Virus record (IMG/VR): IMGVR_UViG_3300043774_000656
Location: 59,305 to 123,304 of that record
Direction: 5' to 3' (one strand)
Source of the DNA: a virus
Length of the DNA stretch: 64,000 bases
Below are positions 37,956-47,542 of this stretch, piece after piece (within the stretch, counting starts at the first letter, position 1; each line of letters starts with the position of its first letter). The translations under genes were made by a program, and so were the position numbers. The notes under the pieces are model-generated. The model worked only from the letters and a program-made list of their open reading frames with translations, made no database searches and was not told the DNA's origin.

Positions 37956-38096
37956 AAGGATTCATGAGTATCGTGATATTGCTAATGGCCCTGTTTATGG
38001 TCATACCAATGTTTTTGCTAATTTTTGAACATATGATGGAGGGTAAAGACTCGATTTTGCAGAAATTGCTGAATAACATCACAGAAGTATAAAACT

Positions 38097-38224
38097 GGTC
38101 AGGTGGCGGAAGAGGGTATTTCCGGATAAAACCCCAGGTAGACGTATAGTTGGTGAAATCCCGAGGCGGGTAATTATTACATAAGCCCCTAACTATGTTG
38201 CAGGTTCGAATCCTGCTCTGACCA
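38097..38224 (+). ncRNA. tRNA-scaffold RNA 3 (expanded D-loop and central arm)
   Basis: GGTCAGG/TCTGACC-A; GGCGGAA-[GGGT..ACCC insert]-GGTAGACG; ATAGTT/AACTAT long stem; T-arm GCAGG-TTCGAAT-CCTGC. Confidence 0.78.
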
Positions 38225-38243
38225 CTAAAATAGATATTAGTAA

Positions 38244-38915
38244 ATGAGAAAGTTTTTTTCTTTAGCCCTAATTTTTGCCTGGCTGTCGTCAGTTGCTCAA
38301 GAGCCCATTGAGGGTAAGGATGCCGGGTCTGTCCATTGGCGAGTTCAAGTTGGAGCATTTCAAAAACCAGATGACCTGAGATTCGATAACTTTAAAGATG
38401 TTGGGAGAGAATGTGAGAATGGTATTTACAAATGGACAGTAGGCTTTTTTACAGATCGAGAATCGGCTGTTCTCTATAGGGACAGTATTAGGGTTACAGG
38501 TTACCCTGATGCCTTTGTTGTAGGATATCTTGACGGAAAGAGATCTTCTCTGAAAGAGATCGAGACCAATAGGGTAGATTTAGATGCCTTCAAGCCAGAT
38601 ACAGTACAGATTACAGTAACTGATACAATATGGGTTCCGGGCAAAGAAGTAGGGGCCATTGAGAAGGTTGCGGTTGCGGATTCGGTTAATAACGATGGTA
38701 TTGATATAGAATTGATGCGACAGAAATTAAACAGGATAACCTGGATGAAGGTTGCTCTAGGTCAAACTGCTCTAGTTGGAGGTGTAGCACTTAGCATAGT
38801 AACAGGGGCTTGGGTTCCTGTCATGATGGGTGTTGCAGTAGTCGAGCTTTATCTGTTAACGGAGAGTAAGTATCGTTTCAATCGTAGAGATCTCAGAAAA
38901 ATTACCGGGTACTGA
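38244..38915 (+). CDS. exported SPOR-like domain protein with C-terminal membrane segments
   Basis: Signal peptide; WRVQVGAF...YKWTVG...GYPDAFVV; two hydrophobic C-terminal stretches. Confidence 0.75.
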   Translation: MRKFFSLALIFAWLSSVAQEPIEGKDAGSVHWRVQVGAFQKPDDLRFDNFKDVGRECENGIYKWTVGFFTDRESAVLYRDSIRVTGYPDAFVVGYLDGKRSSLKEIETNRVDLDAFKPDTVQITVTDTIWVPGKEVGAIEKVAVADSVNNDGIDIELMRQKLNRITWMKVALGQTALVGGVALSIVTGAWVPVMMGVAVVELYLLTESKYRFNRRDLRKITGY

Positions 38916-38950
38916 CCTGACGCAGATAAATACAATAAACAGGACATATT

Positions 38951-39856
38951 ATGAATCGTCAGAAATCAATGGAGGATGTAAGAAGGCAGAGCCTTCAGGT
39001 TTGGGCACAGGCTCAACGTCAAGCCCTTCATGAGGCAGTTAAAAATACTCCAGTTGCTCCTCCTGCTGTTGCTGCAGGTTTAGGTACAGGAAGCGGAGGC
39101 TCTAATACGTTACCGGGTCTATATGGTGTAGCTGTCGATGGCTTAATATACTCACTTGATAATTTCACCAATTTTCCATTTAATTATTTACCGTTTCCGG
39201 CGGAACCTGCTGTCTGTAATAGTGGCGACGGTTACCTATATGCAGTTGTAGATTATGGTGATATTGCTTTCCTGAGTATAAATATTGCAACAGGCGAGTT
39301 ATCATTTTACGATAACGATATTTCAGACTTTGCGCAAAAGGGTTCAAGTTCTTTATATCGCGAAGAAAGTGGTAGTTTTATCTATGTCGATAATGGATCT
39401 AAGAAGTCAGCAATTACTAACATTATCAGAATTACAATAGATGGACCAGACACAGCATCTGCAACACTAGTTAACTCCATAGACTCAAATGTTACTGGTG
39501 AATTTTTCCTAAAACAATTATATCTAGTCAACGGTTCTGTTTGGGCAACTAGTTTAGCTATCGGTGATGAAGAGCTCACTGGACCATTTGACATTGACGA
39601 AGGTGATTTCACAGAACAGCCATATCAGATAGGAACTGCCGATAAAAATGGAGAACCGGTTAGTATTGATTGGATAACAAGTTGTGTTCAGAATAACGGC
39701 ATCATTTACATTTATGCCGTATATGGTGGCGGTTTAAACATTGGCTTATTTAGATTCGATATCGAAGGCGGTTACCCGACATGGGTTAAAGACGGAATTA
39801 TTTCAGGTGTTATAGGTGAAGATGTCAATTATATTTTCACACTATTTAATATCTAA
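38951..39856 (+). CDS. acidic beta-rich protein with conserved 50-aa N-terminal leader
   Basis: N-terminus homologous to 42054-44156; GATAAATA at 38925. Confidence 0.75.
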   Translation: MNRQKSMEDVRRQSLQVWAQAQRQALHEAVKNTPVAPPAVAAGLGTGSGGSNTLPGLYGVAVDGLIYSLDNFTNFPFNYLPFPAEPAVCNSGDGYLYAVVDYGDIAFLSINIATGELSFYDNDISDFAQKGSSSLYREESGSFIYVDNGSKKSAITNIIRITIDGPDTASATLVNSIDSNVTGEFFLKQLYLVNGSVWATSLAIGDEELTGPFDIDEGDFTEQPYQIGTADKNGEPVSIDWITSCVQNNGIIYIYAVYGGGLNIGLFRFDIEGGYPTWVKDGIISGVIGEDVNYIFTLFNI

Positions 39857-39870
39857 AAAAACATTAGAAT

Positions 39871-40197
39871 ATGAACTTATGTATATTATGCGATGACGCA
39901 AACGTAATTGAAGCAAGAGAACGCTGCATTTCTGCAATGCCTGTTGTCGACGCAGAAAGGTTAAACAAAGTACTTGCTTTTAAAAGATCTAAAAATCCAA
40001 ACTTTGAGACTGGGCACTTAAAAATACCAGTTTCAGCAACAGGTGAATATCCGGCAACACATTGGTTTTGTTTTATCACAGTAAATGACGAAACACATCA
40101 AAAAATGCTAGACAATCAGAAGCATACTATTATCGAAGAGGGTGTACCCAGTGAATTTCTAGCAAAACATGGTTTATTGAAAATCAAAACTTATTAA
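39871..40197 (+). CDS. hypothetical protein
   Basis: PVSATGEYPATHWFC. Confidence 0.65.
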   Translation: MNLCILCDDANVIEARERCISAMPVVDAERLNKVLAFKRSKNPNFETGHLKIPVSATGEYPATHWFCFITVNDETHQKMLDNQKHTIIEEGVPSEFLAKHGLLKIKTY

Positions 40198-40199
40198 AC

Positions 40200-40817
40200 A
40201 TGAGTTACCTGATCTTCAATGACTTTATAGATGAGACAGAAACTACGCAAATAGTTGACTGGATATCTGGACTAAGTTCTGGGACAGGCATGCCAAATCA
40301 CCATCTCGGTGAATTATCAAAATCACTTAACGGCAGTAGTACAATATTTGATATTTCAAAGACTGAAAAAACCGGTTATATTACCAGTTTCCAGTCTATA
40401 TCAGGTGTAAGACAAGAAGATGTGCCGAAATTTATCAAAGATATTATTACACGTATTAGTAACAAGTTAAGCATACCAACAGATAATGTATTTTTACAGG
40501 CTGTTGACATGCATAAAGGCGGAACTATACAGAAACATTATGATGCCTCAATTGATGGCTATATAAACTATAAGTGTAATATCAGTGTCTTGGCCGAAGA
40601 TTATAAATTCTGTGTAGATGGTTCTACTCTTTTAATTAAACAGGGCGACATGTATTGCTTTGAAGCATCTCTATATAAACACTGGACACCAGAGCCATTT
40701 AATTCAAGACGTGTGATGTTAAGCTTTGGCTTTGTATTGCCCTATGAAGCGTTAAATAGAAGTGAAGATGACCCCAGGGTCAGATTAAGCAAGAGAATCG
40801 AAAAGTATTTTCAATAA
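40200..40817 (+). CDS. 2OG-Fe(II) oxygenase-family protein
   Basis: HYD facial-triad start, distal H (YKHWT), RRVMLSF. Confidence 0.8.
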   Translation: MSYLIFNDFIDETETTQIVDWISGLSSGTGMPNHHLGELSKSLNGSSTIFDISKTEKTGYITSFQSISGVRQEDVPKFIKDIITRISNKLSIPTDNVFLQAVDMHKGGTIQKHYDASIDGYINYKCNISVLAEDYKFCVDGSTLLIKQGDMYCFEASLYKHWTPEPFNSRRVMLSFGFVLPYEALNRSEDDPRVRLSKRIEKYFQ

Positions 40818-40895
40818 ATTCTAACTATTACAGCAAAGGTCTTTGATTATTCAGAGACCTTTTTTATTTTGGTCATATAACAAAAATAATCTGAC

Positions 40896-41219
40896 ATGAA
40901 AAAAGGAGAAGAGTATCTAAACAGACGTGTAGTTGAAGTTGTAACTGTTGAGGCTAATGGCACATTCGGAGCAATTCGTGAAGCAGAAGAGATCTTAAAG
41001 GGACAGGGCTATCGTATTGGTAGTATGTGTCTTAATGAACCAATTGGATTTGCGCCGGCTGACAAGTATAAGCATATAGCGAAATGGTATAACATAGAAA
41101 CAAAGGACTACTCTAAGCTCCATGGAGTCCTGTTGCCAATTGGCGGTTTTCGTGAAGGAGCAGTAGAAATTGTATATCTTAGCACAATCCAAGAGTATGA
41201 TCAGAATAACGGCGAATAA
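40896..41219 (+). CDS. hypothetical protein
   Basis: GSMCLNEPIG..IAKWYN..FREG. Confidence 0.7.
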   Translation: MKKGEEYLNRRVVEVVTVEANGTFGAIREAEEILKGQGYRIGSMCLNEPIGFAPADKYKHIAKWYNIETKDYSKLHGVLLPIGGFREGAVEIVYLSTIQEYDQNNGE

Positions 41220-41526
41220 GGGTTTTCAAATGACTTTTGAGAACGGATTGACGATTAGTGTCCAAATCGGCAACATGAACTACTGTTCAAGAAAAAGCAT
41301 GCATTCCGCATATAACAGCGAAATGCAGGTAGACTTTGTGGAAAGTCCAGATGCAGAAATTGCGATTTGGGACGATAAAAACAACTGGCTTGACTTTGGC
41401 GCTGATGAAGTGAAAGGATATGTGACAGTAGATGAGATTAGCCACTGGATCACCTGGACTAAAGTCGCAAGAGATCTTGAAGATCTTGCAGGTTTGGCAA
41501 ACTTACCTAAAACTGAAAAGGCGTGA
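41197..41526 (+). CDS. phage protein (FENGLTISVQ)
   Basis: Start re-assigned to ATG 41197. Confidence 0.7.
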   Translation: MIRITANKGFQMTFENGLTISVQIGNMNYCSRKSMHSAYNSEMQVDFVESPDAEIAIWDDKNNWLDFGADEVKGYVTVDEISHWITWTKVARDLEDLAGLANLPKTEKA

Positions 41527-41637
41527 TGTACTATGTTTTCATAGGTCTGGTTTCGGTTTTTATGATCTGGGCCCTAGTTGACCTTTTTCGCCAAACCGGT
41601 AGAACAGAAGATGAGTAAACAATTAAAATCTAAATAA

Positions 41638-41967
41638 ATGAGTGGTAACGAAGAAAGGATCCGTCAAGTATTTCAAGAGGAATATTGGGATCTAGGTGTT
41701 TTCCGATGGATGAACAGAAATAAGCGACAACTGAAGGCTAGCTTTCTTGCTGCTTTTATCCTGTGCATCTGGTGGGCTTTTATCTGGTCAAGTTGGCCGA
41801 TTGCGATTTGGGCTTTTGCCTTTATCGGTATAATCTGGGCTGGAGGTATTGACCATTTTATCATTGGCTTGCGTTTCAAGAAAATGATAAACGTGCTGAA
41901 GGCCGAAGGTATTGATGTTAATCTCATAGGTATACAAGATGCCTGTGAGGATATTATGCCAAACTAA
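41638..41967 (+). CDS. membrane protein
   Basis: Two hydrophobic helices. Confidence 0.7.
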   Translation: MSGNEERIRQVFQEEYWDLGVFRWMNRNKRQLKASFLAAFILCIWWAFIWSSWPIAIWAFAFIGIIWAGGIDHFIIGLRFKKMINVLKAEGIDVNLIGIQDACEDIMPN

Positions 41968-41983
41968 CAGTTTTACAACTATT

Positions 41984-42015
41984 GAAAGGGGTCTGTTACA
42001 GACCCCTTTCTTTTT
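41984..42015 (+). terminator. intrinsic terminator
   Basis: GAAAGGGGTCTGT-T-ACAGACCCCTTTC followed by TTTTT. Confidence 0.85.
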
Positions 42016-42023
42016 GATAAATA
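42016..42023 (+). promoter_or_regulatory. putative late-promoter motif (G/A)ATA(A/T)ATA
   Basis: GATAAATA directly after a terminator. Same motif at 38925, 47780, 60504, 63536 (+) and 7025, 10028, 11037, 19866, 24455 (-); TATAAATA at 52573. Confidence 0.55.
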
Positions 42024-42053
42024 GACTAAATCATACAACATAGATAAACCAAT

Positions 42054-44156
42054 ATGGACAGTAACAGAAAATTAACACTTGAGGACATAAGAAGACAGAG
42101 TCTTGAAAAATGGACTGAAGCACAGAGAAGAGCCTTAAATGAGGCTACTAAAAATACACCTGTCAATGACAGAACTGCTGCAGGCACAGGTACAGGAAGT
42201 GGTGGTAGCTTTTCAAATAATAATGTACCAGGCATAGCAGCCCAGATTTTCTTTAACGTTTCGGACGTTGTTAATCCATTTGAATATATTCATTACAATA
42301 CTACAACGGGTGCATGGTCTGATGTACTTCTATTTCCAGAAGACATAACAACTTCAGATAACCTTGAGGATTATTTTCTTACAAATGGATATGGTACTAG
42401 CTTCTGGTATATTAAAGATACAACAAGCGAAAACAGAGTAGTTCACGTCAGTACAGATGCAAAAATCCTATGGGACAGTGGTTGGCTTACAGGTGTTACT
42501 GGCTTTGATGTAGATAGTTCAGACGCATTTGGTCTTGTAACACATTTTATAGAATACGGCACTACTAAATTTGAATTGGTTACGATATACAGAGATATAG
42601 TAAATACATTTACATTTGATAATCCGTCAGCTGGTACTTCAAACAATTTCACAAATCGTTTGTATGAAAATAAGGGTTTATATAAACTAACAACTTCAGA
42701 TAACAGTGAAGTTTTATATTCTATAGACGTATTAACGGGTGCTAAAATAGAGTTAGCATCATGTCCAGATGGGTTTACATTGCTATGGGGTAATTATGAC
42801 GGAGCAACGGCTGCTGCAGGCGCTATAGGTTACGGCACAGACGCTGCATTAAACTGTATTTGGTATTACATAACAAATGAGTCTAACGACCAACTTGTCG
42901 AAGCAAAACTTGTTGACTATGATGGAAATGTCCTGGTTGACATAATTGCACAAGCTGCAGATCAGGGAGTTGATTTAACAACTAAGATAATTGACAGTTA
43001 TAGCCAGTTTGGATCCGGTAGAATTACCGGTAATGCCAATAATTGTAGACTTTTACTAGACTTTGATGACAATTACATATTATTAGCCAGCCCAGGCGAA
43101 GGCGTTTATTTCGTTGATGAAAATCCAAAGCCGCCTGGAGGCTTTACTTATTTCCCAGGTGACACAATTACTGGTGATGTGCTTGTCATGACAATTGAGC
43201 CACAGACATATAGCTCTAATGGCCCTCTATACTACAACAGCGGTGCAACAGCCGACGATCCTGGTTTTTGCCTGATAGGCCCAAGTGGCACACCGCAAAT
43301 AGAAACATTTAGTGAGGCAATAACCCTATTTGATGCATATACTGATAGTGACAATGCAGTCACTTTCTGGAAATATGAAGGTAACACAATGTCAGTGGAG
43401 AAATTTTATGCTGCCGATGGTTCAACTGCTAGTTATATTCTTTCGACTGCAGAATATAATATAAATACTGATAGCTTTGCAGTATGGCGTAGTTATACTC
43501 CTACCGGTAGAGGCGAACAGGTTTTTCAAGCAACAAAGTCGGAAAATAACTGGGTTACAACATGGTACATCAATGACACCGATGAACCCGGTACTATACA
43601 TGATGATCCAGGTGCATCCTATAGTACATACACAAACGCATTAGGAGGAAAAGCGAGCATAATATACGCGGACACGACAGAAAGCCCAAATCAGTTATAT
43701 GTAATAGACAGAGATACATCTACTGCTACAGCTTATCCGGTTCAACCGGGCATAGCATATAGCCTCAATGCAAACACCCCCTGGTATCAAAGTTACAGAG
43801 AAACTTGGGCTGCGGTTGTTGATGAAAATTTTTGTGTAATATATGAAGATGGCACTGTTGTACAAGGATCTATTCCTCCAGATCCTACAGGTGCTACCAT
43901 TGGCTTTTTAAATTATTCAGAAAATTATTTGATAATAGCGAATAACGAAAACAAACTTTATTATTATTCACATGACGGTGAAACCATAATTTCTGAAACG
44001 CAAGATAGCGGCAATATATATGGTCCTGTTAATGAATTGACTATCATATCAAATAATGATGGTACAACTTACACTGCGGTAGTAGGATCTTCAGTTGTTC
44101 AGTCACCTGCTCTTTCTGGTAGAAATAGTTATGGATATAATGATCGTGCATGGTAA
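42054..44156 (+). CDS. large acidic beta-rich (propeller-like) protein with conserved N-terminal leader
   Basis: 700 aa, rich in T/S/N/D/Y; leader shared with 38951. Confidence 0.8.
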   Translation: MDSNRKLTLEDIRRQSLEKWTEAQRRALNEATKNTPVNDRTAAGTGTGSGGSFSNNNVPGIAAQIFFNVSDVVNPFEYIHYNTTTGAWSDVLLFPEDITTSDNLEDYFLTNGYGTSFWYIKDTTSENRVVHVSTDAKILWDSGWLTGVTGFDVDSSDAFGLVTHFIEYGTTKFELVTIYRDIVNTFTFDNPSAGTSNNFTNRLYENKGLYKLTTSDNSEVLYSIDVLTGAKIELASCPDGFTLLWGNYDGATAAAGAIGYGTDAALNCIWYYITNESNDQLVEAKLVDYDGNVLVDIIAQAADQGVDLTTKIIDSYSQFGSGRITGNANNCRLLLDFDDNYILLASPGEGVYFVDENPKPPGGFTYFPGDTITGDVLVMTIEPQTYSSNGPLYYNSGATADDPGFCLIGPSGTPQIETFSEAITLFDAYTDSDNAVTFWKYEGNTMSVEKFYAADGSTASYILSTAEYNINTDSFAVWRSYTPTGRGEQVFQATKSENNWVTTWYINDTDEPGTIHDDPGASYSTYTNALGGKASIIYADTTESPNQLYVIDRDTSTATAYPVQPGIAYSLNANTPWYQSYRETWAAVVDENFCVIYEDGTVVQGSIPPDPTGATIGFLNYSENYLIIANNENKLYYYSHDGETIISETQDSGNIYGPVNELTIISNNDGTTYTAVVGSSVVQSPALSGRNSYGYNDRAW

Positions 44157-44171
44157 TAAACTAAATACTAT

Positions 44172-44194
44172 AAAAGGGGCAAAGCCCCTTTTTT
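44172..44194 (+). terminator. intrinsic (bidirectional) terminator
   Basis: AAAAGGGGC-AAA-GCCCCTTTTTT. Confidence 0.85.
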
Positions 44195-44243
44195 AGGCTT
44201 AAACATTTTCTAAACTCTAATTATAAGAATAAAAATATCCACG

Positions 44244-44573
44244 ATGACTGAACACCCAAAAATAGGTAACTGCAAAGTCTTAATTGAAGCAGAAATTGGT
44301 AATAAGTATTTTACACTTGTACAGAGTTACATGACACCCAGATATGATCGTATGCATGGCACTCAACTAATAGGTTTCAAGCATTCTCATTCTAGAACAG
44401 GTACAAAGCTGAAGAGTCAGTACTATGTACTTTGGGGTAACACACCAGATTTTGCCACAATGGGTATCACACAACTACTGACAGATAAGCTAAATGCTGT
44501 AACTGGTAAAACAGTAGTTAAGCGCTTCTTTGAAATTATAAATGCTTCAGAAACTATATCATTTAAGAAATAG
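44244..44573 (+). CDS. hypothetical protein
   Basis: 109-aa ORF. Confidence 0.65.
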   Translation: MTEHPKIGNCKVLIEAEIGNKYFTLVQSYMTPRYDRMHGTQLIGFKHSHSRTGTKLKSQYYVLWGNTPDFATMGITQLLTDKLNAVTGKTVVKRFFEIINASETISFKK

Positions 44574-44639
44574 CGGCAAAAAACTTTAGTGGCTGAAATG
44601 TTTTTTATAATTTTACAAAACTAACTAACTTTATAAATA

Positions 44640-44843
44640 ATGGCAGCAACTAGCAACCACTGGGGTGATATAGCTAAATGGATTGAGCTATCAATTGAAA
44701 CAAGCACCTCTAACAAACACAGAGATGCTAACTACAATCTAATAAATCTACTTTGGGATAGAATGATTGAAAGAGGAGTAAATTTTGAAACAGCACAACT
44801 TCTCAGAAGAAATCTTTTAGCCAAGTTAAACAGTCACATGTAA
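44640..44843 (+). CDS. hypothetical protein
   Basis: MAATSNHWGDIAKWI. Confidence 0.6.
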   Translation: MAATSNHWGDIAKWIELSIETSTSNKHRDANYNLINLLWDRMIERGVNFETAQLLRRNLLAKLNSHM

Positions 44844-44911
44844 TGGAAAAACAGAAGATCTCTTTTATTTTAGCTTAATCTACCGTATATTTACACCATA
44901 ATCAATAACAA

Positions 44912-45112
44912 ATGGGAAACAGTTTTAAGTTTAATTTTTTAGTAAAAGCCGCAACATTTACACTCTTCTGTGCGATTTTTTATCTAGCTTCGGCTTTTGT
45001 CAATCTATCATGGAATCCTCTAGAATTTGGCTTCTGGACTAGAGTAACAGACGCAGCTTGTCTTTTAGGAGCATTATTCTTGATAATCAGAGCAGATGTT
45101 CCACATGTATGA
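44912..45112 (+). CDS. small two-TM membrane protein
   Basis: Behind promoter copy 44886. Confidence 0.65.
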   Translation: MGNSFKFNFLVKAATFTLFCAIFYLASAFVNLSWNPLEFGFWTRVTDAACLLGALFLIIRADVPHV

Positions 45113-45285
45113 AAAAGTTCTATAGATCTAAAAGCGACCAATACATTGGAGGTGTATGCGGTGGTCTAGGTGAGTACACTGGCATCGATCCAATTATTTG
45201 GCGTGCAGTTTTTCTCTTTGCACCAGGCACGTTCTGGGCATATATGTTCATTTTATTTTTTACAAAACAGGGTGAAAATGTCTAA
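45109..45285 (+). CDS. pspC: PspC-domain protein
   Basis: MKKFYRSKSDQYIGGVCGGLGEYTGIDPIIWR matches the PspC signature; start at ATG 45109. Confidence 0.85.
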   Translation: MKKFYRSKSDQYIGGVCGGLGEYTGIDPIIWRAVFLFAPGTFWAYMFILFFTKQGENV

Positions 45286-45589
45286 AATCAAAATTCCATA
45301 TAATCAACTTGGTATAAATGGCAGTTACGGCATTTTTACCTCAATCTACGGTGAAACCTATGTAGTTCCAGCCTGGATCGAAGTTCCTGCAGGTACAAAA
45401 TACGAAGATATCGAGGTTATTGATAGGCCAGTTAAACCAAAGGCAAATCGCCGAGAGTTAAGTATACAAAGTAAAAGCGGCAACACTTACAGGGTTATAA
45501 TTGACAGCCAACTGGGTAATAGCTGTGAATGTGTCGGCTTTATGTATCATAGAAACTGCCGACACTTAAAACAAGTACTTGAAAATTAA
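45278..45589 (+). CDS. SWIM-type zinc-finger protein
   Basis: SKSGNTYRV..SCECVGFMYHRNCRHL. Confidence 0.8.
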   Translation: MSKIKIPYNQLGINGSYGIFTSIYGETYVVPAWIEVPAGTKYEDIEVIDRPVKPKANRRELSIQSKSGNTYRVIIDSQLGNSCECVGFMYHRNCRHLKQVLEN

Positions 45590-45615
45590 GTAAATACTCC
45601 AAATACTTACTAAAC

Positions 45616-46584
45616 ATGAAAAAACTAGGCTTATTTTTTATAGCTCTTTTGAGCTTTTTATTTACTACTGCACAGGACTGTAGCAATGACGTTACAAACC
45701 CCTGGTTCACTAACTTTCAAGAAGATGTAACCATTCTTTGTAGTGATGATCTATCTTCTGTGTTTCCTACTGCTCACGATGATTGTGATACCCTTGTAGA
45801 AATAGCATACTATGATGAAGTTTCACCTGGCTATTGCCCATCAGCTTCTGAAATTGTTAGAATTTACCGAGCCTTTGATGATTCTGGTAATTCTAAAGTT
45901 GAAATGCAATTCATACATATTGTTGATGAACTTGCACCTGTTTTTGCGTATGTACCACCCAGTCTTGTATTGAGCTGTTCTGACACTACTGGCTTTGGTG
46001 TTCCAATTGTTTTTGACAATTGCAGTACAATTTCTTTGTCATTTGAAGACTTTTCAGAAATTGAGAGTAACTGCATGCGCCGTTTAACTAGAATGTGGAC
46101 TGCAGTTGATGAATGCGGCAATTCTTCAATGGCAACACAGATATTACAATTTATTGATCTTATGCCACCTGTCATTACTGGCGATCCTTTTATTGAGTTA
46201 CCAGCAGGATCAAGCATTGATACAGTATTTGTACAGGTATCTGAAAATTGTAATGGTTATAACATTTACTATACAGATATGCCTGCTTCTGGCAATAATA
46301 TCATAAGAACATATACTGCAGTTGATGAATGCGGCAATTCTTCTTCATTTGAACAGATTATAGGCTTTGCTGTTAGCCAAAATGTACAACTTTGCCATAG
46401 ACTTGGTAACGGAAACTATATCACCATAACTGTAAACCAAAATGCAGTACAGGCACACTTAAATCACGGTGATTATCTAGGACCTTGTAATATACAAAAC
46501 TGGCAAAACCAAAATGTGCCATTCCAGATGGGTCTAGAAATGAAAGAGGATGGGACTATCGTTAAACGCGTAAAACAAAAGTAA
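45616..46584 (+). CDS. secreted HYR/Ig-like repeat protein
   Basis: Signal peptide; three repeats ending R(x)(Y/W)(R/T)AxDxxGN; C-terminal LCH...AHLNHGDYLGPC module. Confidence 0.8.
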   Translation: MKKLGLFFIALLSFLFTTAQDCSNDVTNPWFTNFQEDVTILCSDDLSSVFPTAHDDCDTLVEIAYYDEVSPGYCPSASEIVRIYRAFDDSGNSKVEMQFIHIVDELAPVFAYVPPSLVLSCSDTTGFGVPIVFDNCSTISLSFEDFSEIESNCMRRLTRMWTAVDECGNSSMATQILQFIDLMPPVITGDPFIELPAGSSIDTVFVQVSENCNGYNIYYTDMPASGNNIIRTYTAVDECGNSSSFEQIIGFAVSQNVQLCHRLGNGNYITITVNQNAVQAHLNHGDYLGPCNIQNWQNQNVPFQMGLEMKEDGTIVKRVKQK

Positions 46585-47255
46585 TGGAAGTAAAGTACAA
46601 GATCCATGAGGTAAAAGAGAATATTTTTGCAGTCGAAGTAACCGATGATTATAAGCTTGCAATGCTCTTCCTGAGAGTGCAAGAGTTTTATGAATCACCG
46701 AACCCAAGATTCAGAGGAGTCCATTTTAGTATCTGGGATTTCCATGAATGGTATTCAAAAGAAAGAGGCGGATCTTTTACTTATACATCTGACTGGGCTG
46801 GCTTTAATATCCCATATGATGTTCTCAGTGAATGTTATCTCAATATAATTGCAATTGAAACACCATACGACATTGTGATGCAAGAAATTCTTGCTACAAT
46901 TGCTTATAGAAAATCTGAAGGTCCAGCATACATAATTGGAGTACCTGATATCACTGGCCATACATTTATGCATGAAGTTTGCCATGGCATGTATTACGTC
47001 AATGAAGACTATAAACAGGCCGCAGATTCAGTTACTAATGAATTACTTTCGGTTTCGCCACAGTCTTACTACGCTTTCAAGAAAAACCTATTAGGTATGG
47101 GTTATACAGATAGTGTAGTTGATGATGAGATACAAGCATATCTTTCTACAAATTGGGAAAATGGCAACTTTGGATCAGGAGTTGAAAAATCAGTTAAAAG
47201 AAAATTCCATAAACAGTATATAAAACAGTTATCTAAATTTATTGAAATCATATGA
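46584..47255 (+). CDS. HExxH putative metalloprotein
   Basis: QEFYESP, HEVCH, DDEIQAY. Confidence 0.7.
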   Translation: MEVKYKIHEVKENIFAVEVTDDYKLAMLFLRVQEFYESPNPRFRGVHFSIWDFHEWYSKERGGSFTYTSDWAGFNIPYDVLSECYLNIIAIETPYDIVMQEILATIAYRKSEGPAYIIGVPDITGHTFMHEVCHGMYYVNEDYKQAADSVTNELLSVSPQSYYAFKKNLLGMGYTDSVVDDEIQAYLSTNWENGNFGSGVEKSVKRKFHKQYIKQLSKFIEII

Positions 47256-47542
47256 AACAAACATTTTTTATTTTAGGCGCTGCCCTATTGTTTTCTTGCA
47301 ATAATGGCACACAAAGCACAGAATCCGCAAACGCATCAGATTCAACACATGTATGTTGTTCTGATACCCTTACATGTTGTATGGACACAACGGAAAAACA
47401 TTTTCCATGTGTCGTTGAAAAATGCGAAAAGGAAGGTCCTGGCGACTGGGCAATTTACACAGAATGCGGTCTTTGCGTTCATTGTAGTACTGAATGTAAA
47501 GTGGGTGACACTTTAAACATCGAGTCACCAAAGCATGACTAA
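47252..47542 (+). CDS. Cys-rich lipoprotein
   Basis: Lipobox LLFS-C, many Cys. Confidence 0.7.
   Translation: MKQTFFILGAALLFSCNNGTQSTESANASDSTHVCCSDTLTCCMDTTEKHFPCVVEKCEKEGPGDWAIYTECGLCVHCSTECKVGDTLNIESPKHD

Noticed and set aside
37942-38358. 138-aa minus-strand ORF
   Set aside because: Antisense to the third tRNA-like RNA and the SPOR gene
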